Shown: positions 1 through 10,437, counted from the stretch's first letter. The stretch: DNA of 64,000 bases from a bacterium (GCA_030690305.1 JAUYHB010000006.1:5668-69667); one strand, 5' to 3'. Notes: generated by a model from the sequence alone, not told the origin. Translations and numbers: made by a program.

Positions 1-2
1 GT

Positions 3-245
3 AACTCTTCCAAGGGTGAAGATATGTATGTGAATCCCACTAAAGGCAAACAGCTTACCAACATGCGGGCTTCCGGCTCGGACGAAGGCATTTTCCTAGT
101 ACCTGCTTTCAAGCTCGACATCGAACGGGCTATGGAAATTATGAACGATGATGAATACATTGAGATTACACCTACCGCTGTCCGTCTGCGAAAAATTTTC
201 CTCACCCAGCAAGCACGTTCAAAAGCTCAGAAAAAAGCTGTATAA
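3..245 (+). CDS. typA: GTP-binding protein TypA/BipA, C-terminal fragment. The gene starts upstream of the window.
   Basis: The frame is open from the window edge. The C-terminal sequence ...LTNMRASGSDEGIFL...EYIEITPTAVRLRKIFL matches the conserved BipA C-terminal domain. Confidence 0.7.
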   Translation, partial: NSSKGEDMYVNPTKGKQLTNMRASGSDEGIFLVPAFKLDIERAMEIMNDDEYIEITPTAVRLRKIFLTQQARSKAQKKAV

Positions 246-252
246 TGGCCCT

Positions 253-1119
253 ATGTCAAAACTTGGAACCGACCCGTACAAGGGCGTGCAGGACTTCTAT
301 CCAGAAGATATGGCCGTTCAGAACTATATCTTTAACACATGGCGTAAAACTGTAGAAAGTAAAGGATACCTTGAATACAGTGCCTCTATTCTCGAGCCGG
401 CTGAACTTTATAAAAGCAAAACCAGCGAGGAAATAGTAAACGAGCAGACTTTCACTTTCGTCGACCGAGGAGGCCGAGAAGTGGTCTTGCGCCCGGAGAT
501 GACTCCGACACTAGCTCGTATGGTCGCGGCACGTCGTAAGTCTCTTAAATTTCCCCTCCGTTGGTATTCCATACCGAATGTTTTCCGTTATGAACGCCCT
601 CAGCGCGGGCGCAGGCGCGAACACTGGCAACTGAATTGTGACCTTATGGGAATTGCGGGAGTGGAGGCAGAGGTAGAAATCATTCTCTTGGCACACACGA
701 TAATGAAAGCATTCGGAGCGAAGGATGAGGACTTCGACATACGAATAAATAGCAGAAAGGCATTGCCGGAGGGCGCCAGTATGGAAACAGTGAGAAAAAT
801 CGATAAGGGAGAAGAAACAAACATAGAAATAAAAGAAACAGATGAAATACGTGTTCTCCTTGAAAAATTAGAAGAAGCCGGCATCAAGAATGCAAAGTTC
901 GACCCTAAGATCGTGCGCGGATTTGATTACTACACCGGGATGGTATTCGAGGTCTTTGACACACACCAGGATAACAACCGCTCCCTTTTCGGAGGCGGGC
1001 GATATGATAACCTGCTTGAGGTATTCGGTGTCGATCCTGTTCCGACTGTCGGCTTTGGCATGGGAGACATTACTCTTCGAGACTTCTTGGAAACGCACGG
1101 CCTGCCTACACATGCGTAA
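253..1119 (+). CDS. hisS: Histidyl-tRNA synthetase-like class II catalytic core (HisRS/HisZ-like). It ends directly after motif 3 and has no anticodon-binding domain.
   Basis: HisRS motifs are present: VLRPEMTP, FRYERPQRGRRREHWQ, RGFDYYTGMVFEV and GGGRYD...GFGMG. The ORF stops with TAA about 100 aa short of a full HisRS. Confidence 0.75.
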   Translation: MSKLGTDPYKGVQDFYPEDMAVQNYIFNTWRKTVESKGYLEYSASILEPAELYKSKTSEEIVNEQTFTFVDRGGREVVLRPEMTPTLARMVAARRKSLKFPLRWYSIPNVFRYERPQRGRRREHWQLNCDLMGIAGVEAEVEIILLAHTIMKAFGAKDEDFDIRINSRKALPEGASMETVRKIDKGEETNIEIKETDEIRVLLEKLEEAGIKNAKFDPKIVRGFDYYTGMVFEVFDTHQDNNRSLFGGGRYDNLLEVFGVDPVPTVGFGMGDITLRDFLETHGLPTHA

Positions 1120-1687
1120 AATAGTTTTCGATATAGAAACTAAGAACTTTTTCCAAGATGTCGGCAAGAACGATCCGGCGCTCTTGGATATTGCCTTGGT
1201 TGCCATTTATGACTCCGAGACTGATTCATATTCATCATACTTGGAAGACGAGTTGGTCAAACTCTGGCCGATCATCGAGCGCACCGACATGCTTATCGGC
1301 TTTACTTCAGACCACTTTGATATTCCACTCTTAAATAAATACTACCCCGGAGACCTGACGAAAATAAAAAGCCTTGATATTTTAAGAGAAATAAAAAATG
1401 TTTACGGCCGCCGAATGCGCCTTGACCAGCTGGCGGAAGGTACGTTGGGGAAAAATAAGTCGGGCCACGGCTCGAAAGTGATGGACTGGTGGAAAGCTGG
1501 CGAAATAGAGAAGATCAGGAGTTACTGCATCGATGACGTCAGATTGACCAAAGAGCTCTACGACTATGCCCGGACCCACAATAAGCTTATTTTCAAAGAA
1601 GGCAAGGCTCTCAATGAGATCAGACTGGACACCTCAGACTGGGAGACGCCAAATAACAATAAACTCACTTTCTCTCTGCCATTTTGA
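1112..1687 (+). CDS. RNase H-like 3'-5' exonuclease of the PolB-exo/DEDDy type.
   Basis: It has an FDIETKN exo-I motif, DHFDIPLL, and a C-terminal YCIDDVRLTKELY motif (Y-x3-D). Its start overlaps the hisS stop. Confidence 0.6.
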   Translation: MRKIVFDIETKNFFQDVGKNDPALLDIALVAIYDSETDSYSSYLEDELVKLWPIIERTDMLIGFTSDHFDIPLLNKYYPGDLTKIKSLDILREIKNVYGRRMRLDQLAEGTLGKNKSGHGSKVMDWWKAGEIEKIRSYCIDDVRLTKELYDYARTHNKLIFKEGKALNEIRLDTSDWETPNNNKLTFSLPF

Positions 1688-1711
1688 ATGCTACAATAAT
1701 TACCTAATCGT

Positions 1712-2410
1712 ATGGAACAAAGTCCGTTAAACAAACATCTCATCCCGCTTGCGATCATTGTAGCCGGCGGGCTCGTGGCCGGCGCCATCTACTTCGGCGG
1801 AGGCTCACCGAGCAATCTGGCCCTTAACAACAGAAACCCATTGGACAGAAACGATGAGGTCGAAATTACTCCGGTAAAAGACACGGACCACATTCTCGGC
1901 TCAAGGAATGCCGCTCTGGTGATAGTCGAGTATTCGGATACCGAGTGCCCTTTCTGCAAAACTTTCCACAATACTATGAAAGAGGTGGTGAACTCTTACA
2001 GCGGACAAGTTGCCTGGGTTTACAGACATTTCCCTATCGCCCAACTGCATACCAAAGCAATTAAAGAAGCGGAAGCGACCGAATGCGCGGCAGAGCTCGG
2101 CGGCAACCAAGCTTTCTGGAGCTACCTCGACAAAATCTTCGAGACCACCAACTCCAATGATTCGCTTGATCTGGCTCAGTTGCCGAGACTCGCCACGGCA
2201 ATCGGACTCAATGAAACCGACTTCAACGAATGCCTTTCAAGCGGCCGACACAACGCCGCCGTACTCCAAAGCGTGGAAGAAGCGGTTAAGGCTGGCGCCC
2301 GAGGCACACCTTACTCTGTCATCATTGCTAAGAATGGAGAGAAGGTGGTAATCAACGGCGCCGAACCACTTGTAAACATCAAAACGAAAATCGACGCGTT
2401 ACTCAAATAA
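1712..2410 (+). CDS. DsbA-family thiol:disulfide oxidoreductase, membrane-anchored.
   Basis: There is an N-terminal TM helix, a CPFC active-site motif in a thioredoxin-fold context, and a DsbA-like helical insert. Confidence 0.75.
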   Translation: MEQSPLNKHLIPLAIIVAGGLVAGAIYFGGGSPSNLALNNRNPLDRNDEVEITPVKDTDHILGSRNAALVIVEYSDTECPFCKTFHNTMKEVVNSYSGQVAWVYRHFPIAQLHTKAIKEAEATECAAELGGNQAFWSYLDKIFETTNSNDSLDLAQLPRLATAIGLNETDFNECLSSGRHNAAVLQSVEEAVKAGARGTPYSVIIAKNGEKVVINGAEPLVNIKTKIDALLK

Positions 2411-3899
2411 ATTCTAGAAGGCGTTTATAAACGGCATACATGGCGTAGGTGTCGAGGGTGCAGTACTTGCGAAGATTGCCCATGATTTCATTTTTGGTTT
2501 CTGAATTTCTGCTTTTCAAAACAGTTTCCATCCAAACTCTTTGAGCCATGCCGCCGTGCGAGACTTCGAGTTCTTTATAACTTAATTCCGGAGCAAGGAC
2601 GGGCAGAACGGCTTTAAGAGATGCCGAGCCGAAGAAATCTTTGTCGACAAACCAGCCCTTTGAGAAAGGAACCATCAGGTCAGCCATCCTGTCGTTTATG
2701 TCGTTGAGAAATGGAGCGAACTCCGGATGCATTAGGGCCATTTCTTCATTCCTCTTCATTTCAAATCTCTTGCTCCAGGAGATTACGGAACCGCGGCTCC
2801 CAAAGTCCTCTCGCATCTGTTTCAAAAGCGGCAAGACGGGGTTGGAATTCTCGGTATGCAAATATTCTTTGTGAGTAAGGCTTCCTCCGGGCTCGTTCTG
2901 GATATGAAGAGAGTACTGGAACGGCACTTGCTGATACGGCCGTGTACCATCAAAGACCGGTATCACTCCGGTCATTGATTCGTAATCGAAGAAATATAGC
3001 GGAAATTCGAAACTAGACAGGAATTCCCTGACCTCTTCCTTATCTATCTCTTGTTCTCCGGATCTCGTCGCCATGACTTGTCTCTCCTGACTTTCCGACA
3101 ACTCAAAATCAAGGGGAATGTCGCTTATAAGTTCGATACCCATATCCTCGAGCATGCCAATCTTCTGCGGTGTAATTCTCGAGAGTTTGTAAATGCTATA
3201 CCTGGGCAGATCTCCTTTGACCATGTTCAATATCTCAAGCCACTCTTCGAGGCTTCCCTGTTTCAAGTATCTCGGTGAGATATCGGGCATCTCTTTCTTC
3301 GAGAGAACGGCAAAAGCTTTTTCTATATTATCGAGCGTTTCAGGTATAGAAGCCCGTACATCACCGGTCACTTCGGTTTTCTTGGCAATTTTGGCCGGAT
3401 CAATGTCTCCGTCTTTGACATATTCGTTGTTGACGTGCAGGACATACATGTTGCGGATAGAAAGTCCGGCCTTCTCAAGCACAATGGTCTGGAAGGCAAG
3501 GTCGGGAATGTGTTCGGGCTTTACGGACGTGGAAGACTTTATTTCATAAAGATCGAAAGTGTTTTCACCTACTTTCTCGAGCACGTCGAAAATAGAGGTA
3601 ATATCACTTACTTCTAACCTCCCTTGCATGACCACTTTTGTCCCTTTTTCTATCTCGGCCTTAGTCAACTCCGGCAAGGCATAATATTTGTTGCCGCTGA
3701 ACTCGCCCCCGTTTTTGTAGCCCAACTTCACTGCGTTCGGGAAAAGCTTTTCGGCATATTCTTCGAACAGTGTACCCTCGTCGAAGCGGGCTTGCAGGTC
3801 TTCGTCCGGTATAGGGATCTTGGACTTGTCGAATTTCTTAAGCCACAGCCACGCCGGATGCTTCAGAAACATCATGAATTCTGATTTGGAGATGACCAT
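2403..3899 (-). CDS. DUF2779-family protein, with an N-terminal PD-(D/E)XK-like nuclease and a C-terminal RNase-H-like domain.
   Basis: It is a roughly 500 aa protein carrying FFDYESM...IPVFDGTRPYQQVPFQYSLH and a C-terminal TLDTYAMYAVYKRL motif, both typical of DUF2779. Confidence 0.5.
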   Translation of the reverse strand: MVISKSEFMMFLKHPAWLWLKKFDKSKIPIPDEDLQARFDEGTLFEEYAEKLFPNAVKLGYKNGGEFSGNKYYALPELTKAEIEKGTKVVMQGRLEVSDITSIFDVLEKVGENTFDLYEIKSSTSVKPEHIPDLAFQTIVLEKAGLSIRNMYVLHVNNEYVKDGDIDPAKIAKKTEVTGDVRASIPETLDNIEKAFAVLSKKEMPDISPRYLKQGSLEEWLEILNMVKGDLPRYSIYKLSRITPQKIGMLEDMGIELISDIPLDFELSESQERQVMATRSGEQEIDKEEVREFLSSFEFPLYFFDYESMTGVIPVFDGTRPYQQVPFQYSLHIQNEPGGSLTHKEYLHTENSNPVLPLLKQMREDFGSRGSVISWSKRFEMKRNEEMALMHPEFAPFLNDINDRMADLMVPFSKGWFVDKDFFGSASLKAVLPVLAPELSYKELEVSHGGMAQRVWMETVLKSRNSETKNEIMGNLRKYCTLDTYAMYAVYKRLLEFI

Positions 3900-3918
3900 T
3901 CGTCCTAATGTATTGATT

Positions 3919-5175
3919 TTAATACCCTCTCAACCTATTAATCTTCTCATGTTGCCTAATCTTCTCGTGAGCCTTGGCTTCGATTTGGCGGATGCGTTCG
4001 CGGGTGACGCCGAAGACTTTACCCACTTCTTCAAGCGTATGAGTGTAACCATCCAAGAGGCCGTGGCGCATTTCCAAAATCTTTCGCTCCTTGGGAGGCA
4101 GATCACCTAAAATCTCTTTCACTTGGTCGGAGACAATGCGCCTTGAGGATTCCTGATCCGGAGAAAGAATTTTATCATCAGCGAGGAAGTCGCCCAGCTT
4201 GCTTTTATCATCAGACTCATCGCCGACTGGAGTCTCAAGAGAGACGGTAGACTGGTCGATTTTCTCGATTTGATAAATTTTATCGACATCGAGATTCATT
4301 TCGAGTGCGATCTCTTCTTGCAAGGGTTCGCGGCCAAGGTCCTGAGTCAGGCGACGGACCACTTGCTTGTACTTGGCAATAGTCTCGACCATGTGTACCG
4401 GCACACGAATCGTCCTAGACTGGTCAGCCAGAGCGCGGGTGATAGCCTGCCTGATCCACCAAGTGGCATAAGTAGAGAATTTAAAGCCTTTGGTCCAGTC
4501 GAATTTCTCCACCGCTTTATGTAGTCCAAGATTCCCTTCCTGAATCAGGTCAAGCAGAGTAAGGTCGGGGCTTCTATTGGCGTATTTCTTGGCGATAGAA
4601 ACCACCAAGCGGAGATTGGCCTTCATAAGCAGATTTTTGGCGTCCATATCTCCGGCCTCAATCCTCTTGGCAAGCTCTTTTTCCATAGCGCCGGCAATGA
4701 GAGGATACTGACCGATTTCCCGCAGATACATTTGGATAGAATCGTAAGATGAATCCCCTCTTGAGTAGGCGTAGTGCTTACCGGTTTCTTCTTCCGGCAT
4801 CTCTAAAAGGCCGCCTCCCTCGAGGATATCGACACCGAGAGTGTGAAGCTTCTCATAAAGCTCATCAAGGAAGACGATATTGGTCTCAATGGTCGGAAAT
4901 TCTTTCAGAATCTCATCGTAAGTGACGAAGCCACGTCCTTTACCTCGAGAGATGAGACGCTCCATCTTGAGCACTTCGTCTACTTTCTTTTTAGTGATTC
5001 TTACCTTAGATCTAGCTTTTGAGACTTTCCTTGTTTTTCGTCCCGACGCTTTCCGTCGGGATCCTCGATTTGCTTTAGCAAATCGGGACTTTTTGGCAGT
5101 TTTTTTGGCTGGGCTATTCTTTTTCCGCCTTTTCGGCGGATCGCCGATGAGGCGATTTTGTTTTACTTTTTTCAC
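3919..5175 (-). CDS. rpoD: RNA polymerase sigma-70 factor RpoD. Region 1.1 is replaced by a strongly basic N-terminal tail.
   Basis: Regions 2 to 4 are present: [32 protein letters not shown] and [20 protein letters not shown]. The first roughly 70 aa are Lys/Arg-rich. Confidence 0.92.
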   Translation of the reverse strand: MKKVKQNRLIGDPPKRRKKNSPAKKTAKKSRFAKANRGSRRKASGRKTRKVSKARSKVRITKKKVDEVLKMERLISRGKGRGFVTYDEILKEFPTIETNIVFLDELYEKLHTLGVDILEGGGLLEMPEEETGKHYAYSRGDSSYDSIQMYLREIGQYPLIAGAMEKELAKRIEAGDMDAKNLLMKANLRLVVSIAKKYANRSPDLTLLDLIQEGNLGLHKAVEKFDWTKGFKFSTYATWWIRQAITRALADQSRTIRVPVHMVETIAKYKQVVRRLTQDLGREPLQEEIALEMNLDVDKIYQIEKIDQSTVSLETPVGDESDDKSKLGDFLADDKILSPDQESSRRIVSDQVKEILGDLPPKERKILEMRHGLLDGYTHTLEEVGKVFGVTRERIRQIEAKAHEKIRQHEKINRLRGY

Positions 5176-5188
5176 GGTGTCTTATATT

Positions 5189-6814
5189 CTACAATATTTT
5201 TTTATTCTCTTCGACGACTCTCATACGATTATGCACTTCTTGAATCTCGCGAGTCAGGCTCTCAACAAGCTTGTCCTCCTTGGACGCTTCCGCGCGTGAG
5301 AGTTCTGCCCGCAACCGACCAAGGTCCTCACGCAAGGAAACAGTGGCCAAATTATGCGTGAGCTCGGATTCCTCTCTCCTTAGTAAAACGAATTCGGGGC
5401 GGGACTCTGGCAACTCTTTCTGCCAGAGCTTGATTTCTGCCAGGCGTTCCTCAATCTGTTCCCGCTGGGAGATAGACTCAACTTCACTCGAATCAAGGTC
5501 TGGCCTTTTTGAATCCCCAAGGTCTGACCTCTGGGAAACATCCGCTCTCGGTACTTTTTTCAGATCTTCCCAAAGCACCTCTTCTTTTATCCCCGTGCGC
5601 TTGGCTATCATGGAGATAAAGTGGGACTGCTCGATCGCGCTTCCTATAAGCTTCACCATCGGTAAGATCCTTTTTTCTATCTCTTTGCCAAGCTTTCGCG
5701 GATCCTTTTCCCTTTCTTCAGCTCTGTTGAAGAAAAACTCAACCGCTGGCAGTGAATGTCTCAGAATATCTTTCCATTTTTCTGGATCTTTTTTCGCCAC
5801 TTCCGCCGGATCAAGGCCGGCCGGTAGGCCGGCCACTTTCACTTCGAACCCCATGGCGATCCCGAGCTCACTTGCCTTCTCTGAAGCCTTTTCTCCGGCA
5901 GGATCCCCGTCAAAAGCCAGAATGATCCGAGAGGACAGATGCCTTAAACGCTCCAGGTGGGCGCGGGTGAAGGCAGTGCCGGAAGAAGCCACACTGTTTC
6001 TAACCCCAGCCTGATGAGAGAGCACCAGATCCATCTGTCCCTCGACGAGCACGGCATAATTTTTCCTGCGGATATCTTCTTTAGCCTTATCGAGACCGTA
6101 GAGAACCTCACTTTTGGTAAATAGGATGGTATCGGGACTATTAAGATACTTGGGTTCTGTTTCCTTTGCTAAAGCTCGGCCGGAGAAAGCGATGATATGG
6201 CCGTTGGCATCCGCCAGAGGAAAGACTACCCTGTCGCGGAAAACATCGTAAGGCTCTTTACCCCGAGCGGGGTCGAGTGGTGACTTAATCAGGCCAGCTT
6301 TCAGAATAAGTGCGCGGTCGTAACCAACACTTCCTAAATACTGATAGAGCAAGCGCCACTCGGCCGGCGCATAACCGATGCGCCAATTTTTAGCAGTCTC
6401 GGCTGTTATCCCGCGGGAAGCGATGTATTTGCGGGCCGCCTTGCTCCCTTCCAACTCTTTTTCAAAGAACGTCGTTGCTGCTTCGAGCACATTGAGAATT
6501 TTATCTTTCTCCGTCTTCGATTCGCTTCTCCCGTATTCTATTTCCACTCCGGCTTTTTCCGCCAGAAGCTTCAGAGCGCCGCGGAAGTCGAGCCCTTCTA
6601 CTTCTTCTATGAAGCTGAAGATGTCACCCTTAGCGCCACAGCCGAAGCAGTAGAAGCTTTGGCGCGCCGGTGAGACGAAGAAAGATGCCGTCTTTTCATT
6701 GTGGAAGGGACAACGCGCCTTATAACTCTGTCCCGCTTTCTCAAGTTTGATATAGCCGGAAACTACTTCGGTTATATCTAACCGTTCTTTGATTGTGTCG
6801 ACATCGCCTCGCAT
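5189..6814 (-). CDS. dnaG: DNA primase DnaG.
   Basis: It has a CHC2 zinc finger (CPFHNEKTASF...CFGCGAKGD) and a TOPRIM region (VLVEGQMDLV, AFDGDPAGEKA). It lies immediately upstream of rpoD, the classic MMS operon arrangement. Confidence 0.9.
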   Translation of the reverse strand: MRGDVDTIKERLDITEVVSGYIKLEKAGQSYKARCPFHNEKTASFFVSPARQSFYCFGCGAKGDIFSFIEEVEGLDFRGALKLLAEKAGVEIEYGRSESKTEKDKILNVLEAATTFFEKELEGSKAARKYIASRGITAETAKNWRIGYAPAEWRLLYQYLGSVGYDRALILKAGLIKSPLDPARGKEPYDVFRDRVVFPLADANGHIIAFSGRALAKETEPKYLNSPDTILFTKSEVLYGLDKAKEDIRRKNYAVLVEGQMDLVLSHQAGVRNSVASSGTAFTRAHLERLRHLSSRIILAFDGDPAGEKASEKASELGIAMGFEVKVAGLPAGLDPAEVAKKDPEKWKDILRHSLPAVEFFFNRAEEREKDPRKLGKEIEKRILPMVKLIGSAIEQSHFISMIAKRTGIKEEVLWEDLKKVPRADVSQRSDLGDSKRPDLDSSEVESISQREQIEERLAEIKLWQKELPESRPEFVLLRREESELTHNLATVSLREDLGRLRAELSRAEASKEDKLVESLTREIQEVHNRMRVVEENKKIL

Positions 6815-9800
6815 ATTAATTTTTCTTTGTAGCCATTTTTGAAACCGGTACCGGCTGGGATAAGGCGCCCGATGATGACATTCTCTTTCAGTCCGACCAG
6901 GTTGTCTTCGGCGCCGCGGATGGCAGCTTGGATCAGCACGCGAGGCGTGTGCTGGAATGAAGCGGCGGAGAGGAAGCTCGCGCGGGAGAGCGAGACTTCC
7001 GTAATACCCATCACTATGGCATCCGAAGTCGCCTCCTTCAAACCTTTTTCCTTCAACTGATTATTGGTCTCTATAAATTCGGAAACTTCAATCACATCCC
7101 CGCGAGTGAAACGGCTATCGCCCGCATCCTTGATCTTGCGGCGGCTAAACATTTGGCGAACAATCAGTTCGATGTGCTTATGAGATACTGCCGCGCCCTG
7201 AAGCTCATAGAGCTTCGAGACTTCGTGGATGATATATTTCTCGGTTTTTTCTCTCCCCGCATAGCGGAAGAGTTCGTCGAGATCTGCCGATCCTTCGGTC
7301 AGGACATCACCCTTTTTGACACTCTGGCCAATGCGCACTAAGCTCGTTCGGGAAACCGGCACGGTGTATTCATTATCGAGCTTCTTGCCATCTTTGGACT
7401 CGCCCAATTCCGGCGTGACGGTGATTAATTTATCGTGACCGACGACTTTGATCTCCGTAACTATGCCATCGAGATGGCTGATGACTGCCGGACTTTTTGG
7501 CTTGCGCTTTTCAAATATTTCTTCCACGCGCGGCAAACCGGCAGTGATGTCGCCGCTTGCCGAAGCTGTGCCACCGGCATGGAAGGTACGCATAGTCAGC
7601 TGCGTACCGGGTTCGCCGATAGCTTGTGCGGCCACGGTACCCACCGCTTCTCCGAGCTCAATCGTCTTGTTGTTGCCAAGGTCGACTCCATAACACTTCA
7701 CGCAGAGGCCGTGTACAGACTGACAAGCCAGAGGCGAACGGACATGCGCGGATTCAACCGAAGCTTTGTCTATAGTTTCGGCATCCATTTTGGTAATAAG
7801 ATGCCCGCGTTTGAAGAAGACCTTGCCCTCATTATCGAGAAGATCCGAGGCCAGGAATCTGCCTTTAATATTCTTCGATATCGGTATTTCTATGCCGGAA
7901 GCGGTTTTTTTGTGAATGGTGGTACCTCCCTTGGTATTGCAATCCTCCTCGGTCACAATCTCATCTTGCGCTACGTCGAAAAGGCGACGGGTCAGGTAGC
8001 CAGCCTTGGCAGTGTTGAGAGCTGTGTCGGTCAAACCTTTGCGGCTGCCGTGAGTAGTGATGAAGTATTCAAGCGGAGTCAGACCTTCTTTGTAACAAGA
8101 GAGAATCGGAAACTCGAGAGACTCGCCTGAAATAGAGGCGATAATACCCTTCATGCCGGCCATTTGGTTGAGATTACCAAGAGAACCGCGAGCTTCCGAA
8201 TAAGTCATGTCGTAGACTGAATCTCTGATACCTAAAGTTCCAGGAATAAGCTTCTCGACTTCAGCCTTAACCCCCTGCCAGATTTCAACAGATTTGGCGA
8301 TACGTTCCTGTTCGGAGAGAAGACCTTCCCGGTATTGGACAAGCACTTCGTTGACTGCCACGCGACCTTTATCTATCACCGCCTTCTTACCTCTAGGAAT
8401 TTTGACATCCTCAAGCCCCCACGTCACTCCGGAGTGAGTGGCATAGCGGAAACCGAAAGTTTTGATCCTATCCATGATCGGCGGAATATTCTCAATACCG
8501 TAGCGTTCGATCAGATCGTCGACAAGTTCCGACATTTTCTTACGGCTCATTTCATGATTCAAGAAAGGATAATCTCTCGGCAAAATGCCGTTGAAGAGAA
8601 GTCTGCCAACCGTCGTTTCAAACATCTTGCCGCCAAAGACTTTGTACCTTTCCGTATCGGTCGGCATGACGGAGATCTTGGCGCGAAGGCTGACTACGCC
8701 GAATTCATAGGCGGTAATGGCGCTATTAGGATTGGCGTAATACCGGCCTTCACCTTTCTCGCCTGGCAAAATACGGGTCATCCAGTAAGTGCCGAGCACG
8801 ATGTCTAACAATTTGGCCGAGACTACCGGCTCGCCGTTACCCGGTTTTAAGATATTTCTATCAGCCGCCATAATCAGACGGGCTTCAGCCTGAGCCTCTT
8901 CGGAGAGCGGCACGTGAACGGCCATCTGGTCGCCGTCGAAGTCAGCGTTGAAGGCGGTGCAGACCAGAGGATGAAGCTGAATGGCGTTGCCTTCGATTAG
9001 TACCGGCTGGAAAGCTTGGATACCGAGACGGTGGAGAGTGGGAGCGCGGTTAAGCAGTACATATTTGCCGCGGATAACTTCTTCGAGGATGGCCCAGACT
9101 TCCGGAATAGCATCTTCAATGAGACGGCGGGCTCCGGGAATGTTATAAGATAGTTCACGCTTCAGAAGTTCCGAGATAATGAACGGTTTAAAGAGTTCAA
9201 GAGCCATGTGTTTCGGCAGACCGCACTGATGGAGCTTCAATTCCGGACCGACTACGATAACCGAGCGGCCAGAGTAGTCAACGCGCTTGCCCAAAAGGTT
9301 CTGCCTGAAGAGACCGCGCTTGCCCTTAAGATTGTCCGACAACGATTTGAGCGGTCGGCGCTGGGACTGATTGCCGGAGACGCTTGAGTGCCTGATGGTA
9401 TTGTCTATGAGAGCATCGACGGCTTCTTGAAGAATTCTTTTTTCGTTGCGCAAAATGACATCCGGAGCATCTATTTCTTTAAGTTTTTTGAGACGATTGT
9501 TGCGGTTGATGACTCGGCGATAAAGATCGTTGACGTCTGAAGTGGCATAGCGCCCGCCGTCAAGAGGCACCATCGGGCGAATGGCCGGAGGGATGACCGG
9601 CACCCGGGTCAGAAACATCCATTCCGGCCGAGAACCTGCATTGATCATCCATTGGATAGTCGAGAGACGCTTATTGAGACGGGAGATTTCCGTTGCTGGA
9701 ACGTTTCCAACTTCCGCTTCAAGTTCTTTAAGCAATTTATTAAGATCAATGCCCTTTAAGATATTGTAGATCGCTTCAGCGCCGATACCCGCTTCAAAGA

Positions 9801-10437
9801 TAGTTGGGTATTTGATGCTTGAGCGGTGATACTCGATCTCATTGAGCACGCGTCCGGGCACAAGCGACTCGATATCGCGCTTCGTCGCGAGGGCGAGCTC
9901 TTTGAGAGCCGTTTTACTCTTCTCGTCCTGGAGAGTTTTAACCTTGGCCTTAAATTCAGATTCCAAGTCCTTGAGTACCCGGGTTTTCTCCGTTTCAGAA
10001 ACGCTTGTGACGATATAGCCGGCGAAGTAAACAACCTTCTCAAGATCCGACACTGGAACACCCATGACAAGCGAGATGCGCGAAGGCACGTTTTTCAAAA
10101 ACCAGATGTGGGCGACGGGGCTCGCAAGCTCGATATGACCCATGCGCTCTCGGCGGACGATGGAGCGCGTGATTTCAACACCACACTTCTCACAGACAAT
10201 GCCCTTATACCGGATGCCTCGGTACTTGCCGCAATAACATTCGAAGTCCTTGTCCGGTCCGAAAATCTTTTCGTCGAAAAGGCCGTTGCGCTCGCTTCTT
10301 TGAGTGCGGTAATTGATAGTTTCCGGCTTGGTAACCTCGCCATAAGACCACTCCTTGATGCGTTCAGGTGAAGCGAGTTTAATTGAGATGGCATCGAACT
10401 GGTCAAGTGCCCCTGATTTCATTTTGTAATCATTCAT
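6778..10437 (-). CDS. rpoC: DNA-directed RNA polymerase subunit beta'.
   Basis: It carries NADFDGDQMAVHVPLS, Zn-binding cysteines at the N-terminus, and trigger-loop and bridge-helix regions. It follows rpoB on the same strand. Confidence 0.95.
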   Translation of the reverse strand: MNDYKMKSGALDQFDAISIKLASPERIKEWSYGEVTKPETINYRTQRSERNGLFDEKIFGPDKDFECYCGKYRGIRYKGIVCEKCGVEITRSIVRRERMGHIELASPVAHIWFLKNVPSRISLVMGVPVSDLEKVVYFAGYIVTSVSETEKTRVLKDLESEFKAKVKTLQDEKSKTALKELALATKRDIESLVPGRVLNEIEYHRSSIKYPTIFEAGIGAEAIYNILKGIDLNKLLKELEAEVGNVPATEISRLNKRLSTIQWMINAGSRPEWMFLTRVPVIPPAIRPMVPLDGGRYATSDVNDLYRRVINRNNRLKKLKEIDAPDVILRNEKRILQEAVDALIDNTIRHSSVSGNQSQRRPLKSLSDNLKGKRGLFRQNLLGKRVDYSGRSVIVVGPELKLHQCGLPKHMALELFKPFIISELLKRELSYNIPGARRLIEDAIPEVWAILEEVIRGKYVLLNRAPTLHRLGIQAFQPVLIEGNAIQLHPLVCTAFNADFDGDQMAVHVPLSEEAQAEARLIMAADRNILKPGNGEPVVSAKLLDIVLGTYWMTRILPGEKGEGRYYANPNSAITAYEFGVVSLRAKISVMPTDTERYKVFGGKMFETTVGRLLFNGILPRDYPFLNHEMSRKKMSELVDDLIERYGIENIPPIMDRIKTFGFRYATHSGVTWGLEDVKIPRGKKAVIDKGRVAVNEVLVQYREGLLSEQERIAKSVEIWQGVKAEVEKLIPGTLGIRDSVYDMTYSEARGSLGNLNQMAGMKGIIASISGESLEFPILSCYKEGLTPLEYFITTHGSRKGLTDTALNTAKAGYLTRRLFDVAQDEIVTEEDCNTKGGTTIHKKTASGIEIPISKNIKGRFLASDLLDNEGKVFFKRGHLITKMDAETIDKASVESAHVRSPLACQSVHGLCVKCYGVDLGNNKTIELGEAVGTVAAQAIGEPGTQLTMRTFHAGGTASASGDITAGLPRVEEIFEKRKPKSPAVISHLDGIVTEIKVVGHDKLITVTPELGESKDGKKLDNEYTVPVSRTSLVRIGQSVKKGDVLTEGSADLDELFRYAGREKTEKYIIHEVSKLYELQGAAVSHKHIELIVRQMFSRRKIKDAGDSRFTRGDVIEVSEFIETNNQLKEKGLKEATSDAIVMGITEVSLSRASFLSAASFQHTPRVLIQAAIRGAEDNLVGLKENVIIGRLIPAGTGFKNGYKEKLICEAMSTQSKNG

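Noticed and set aside
5271-6014. A 247 aa ORF on the plus strand.
   Set aside because: It is antisense within dnaG, and its Ser/Arg-rich shadow translation has no motifs.
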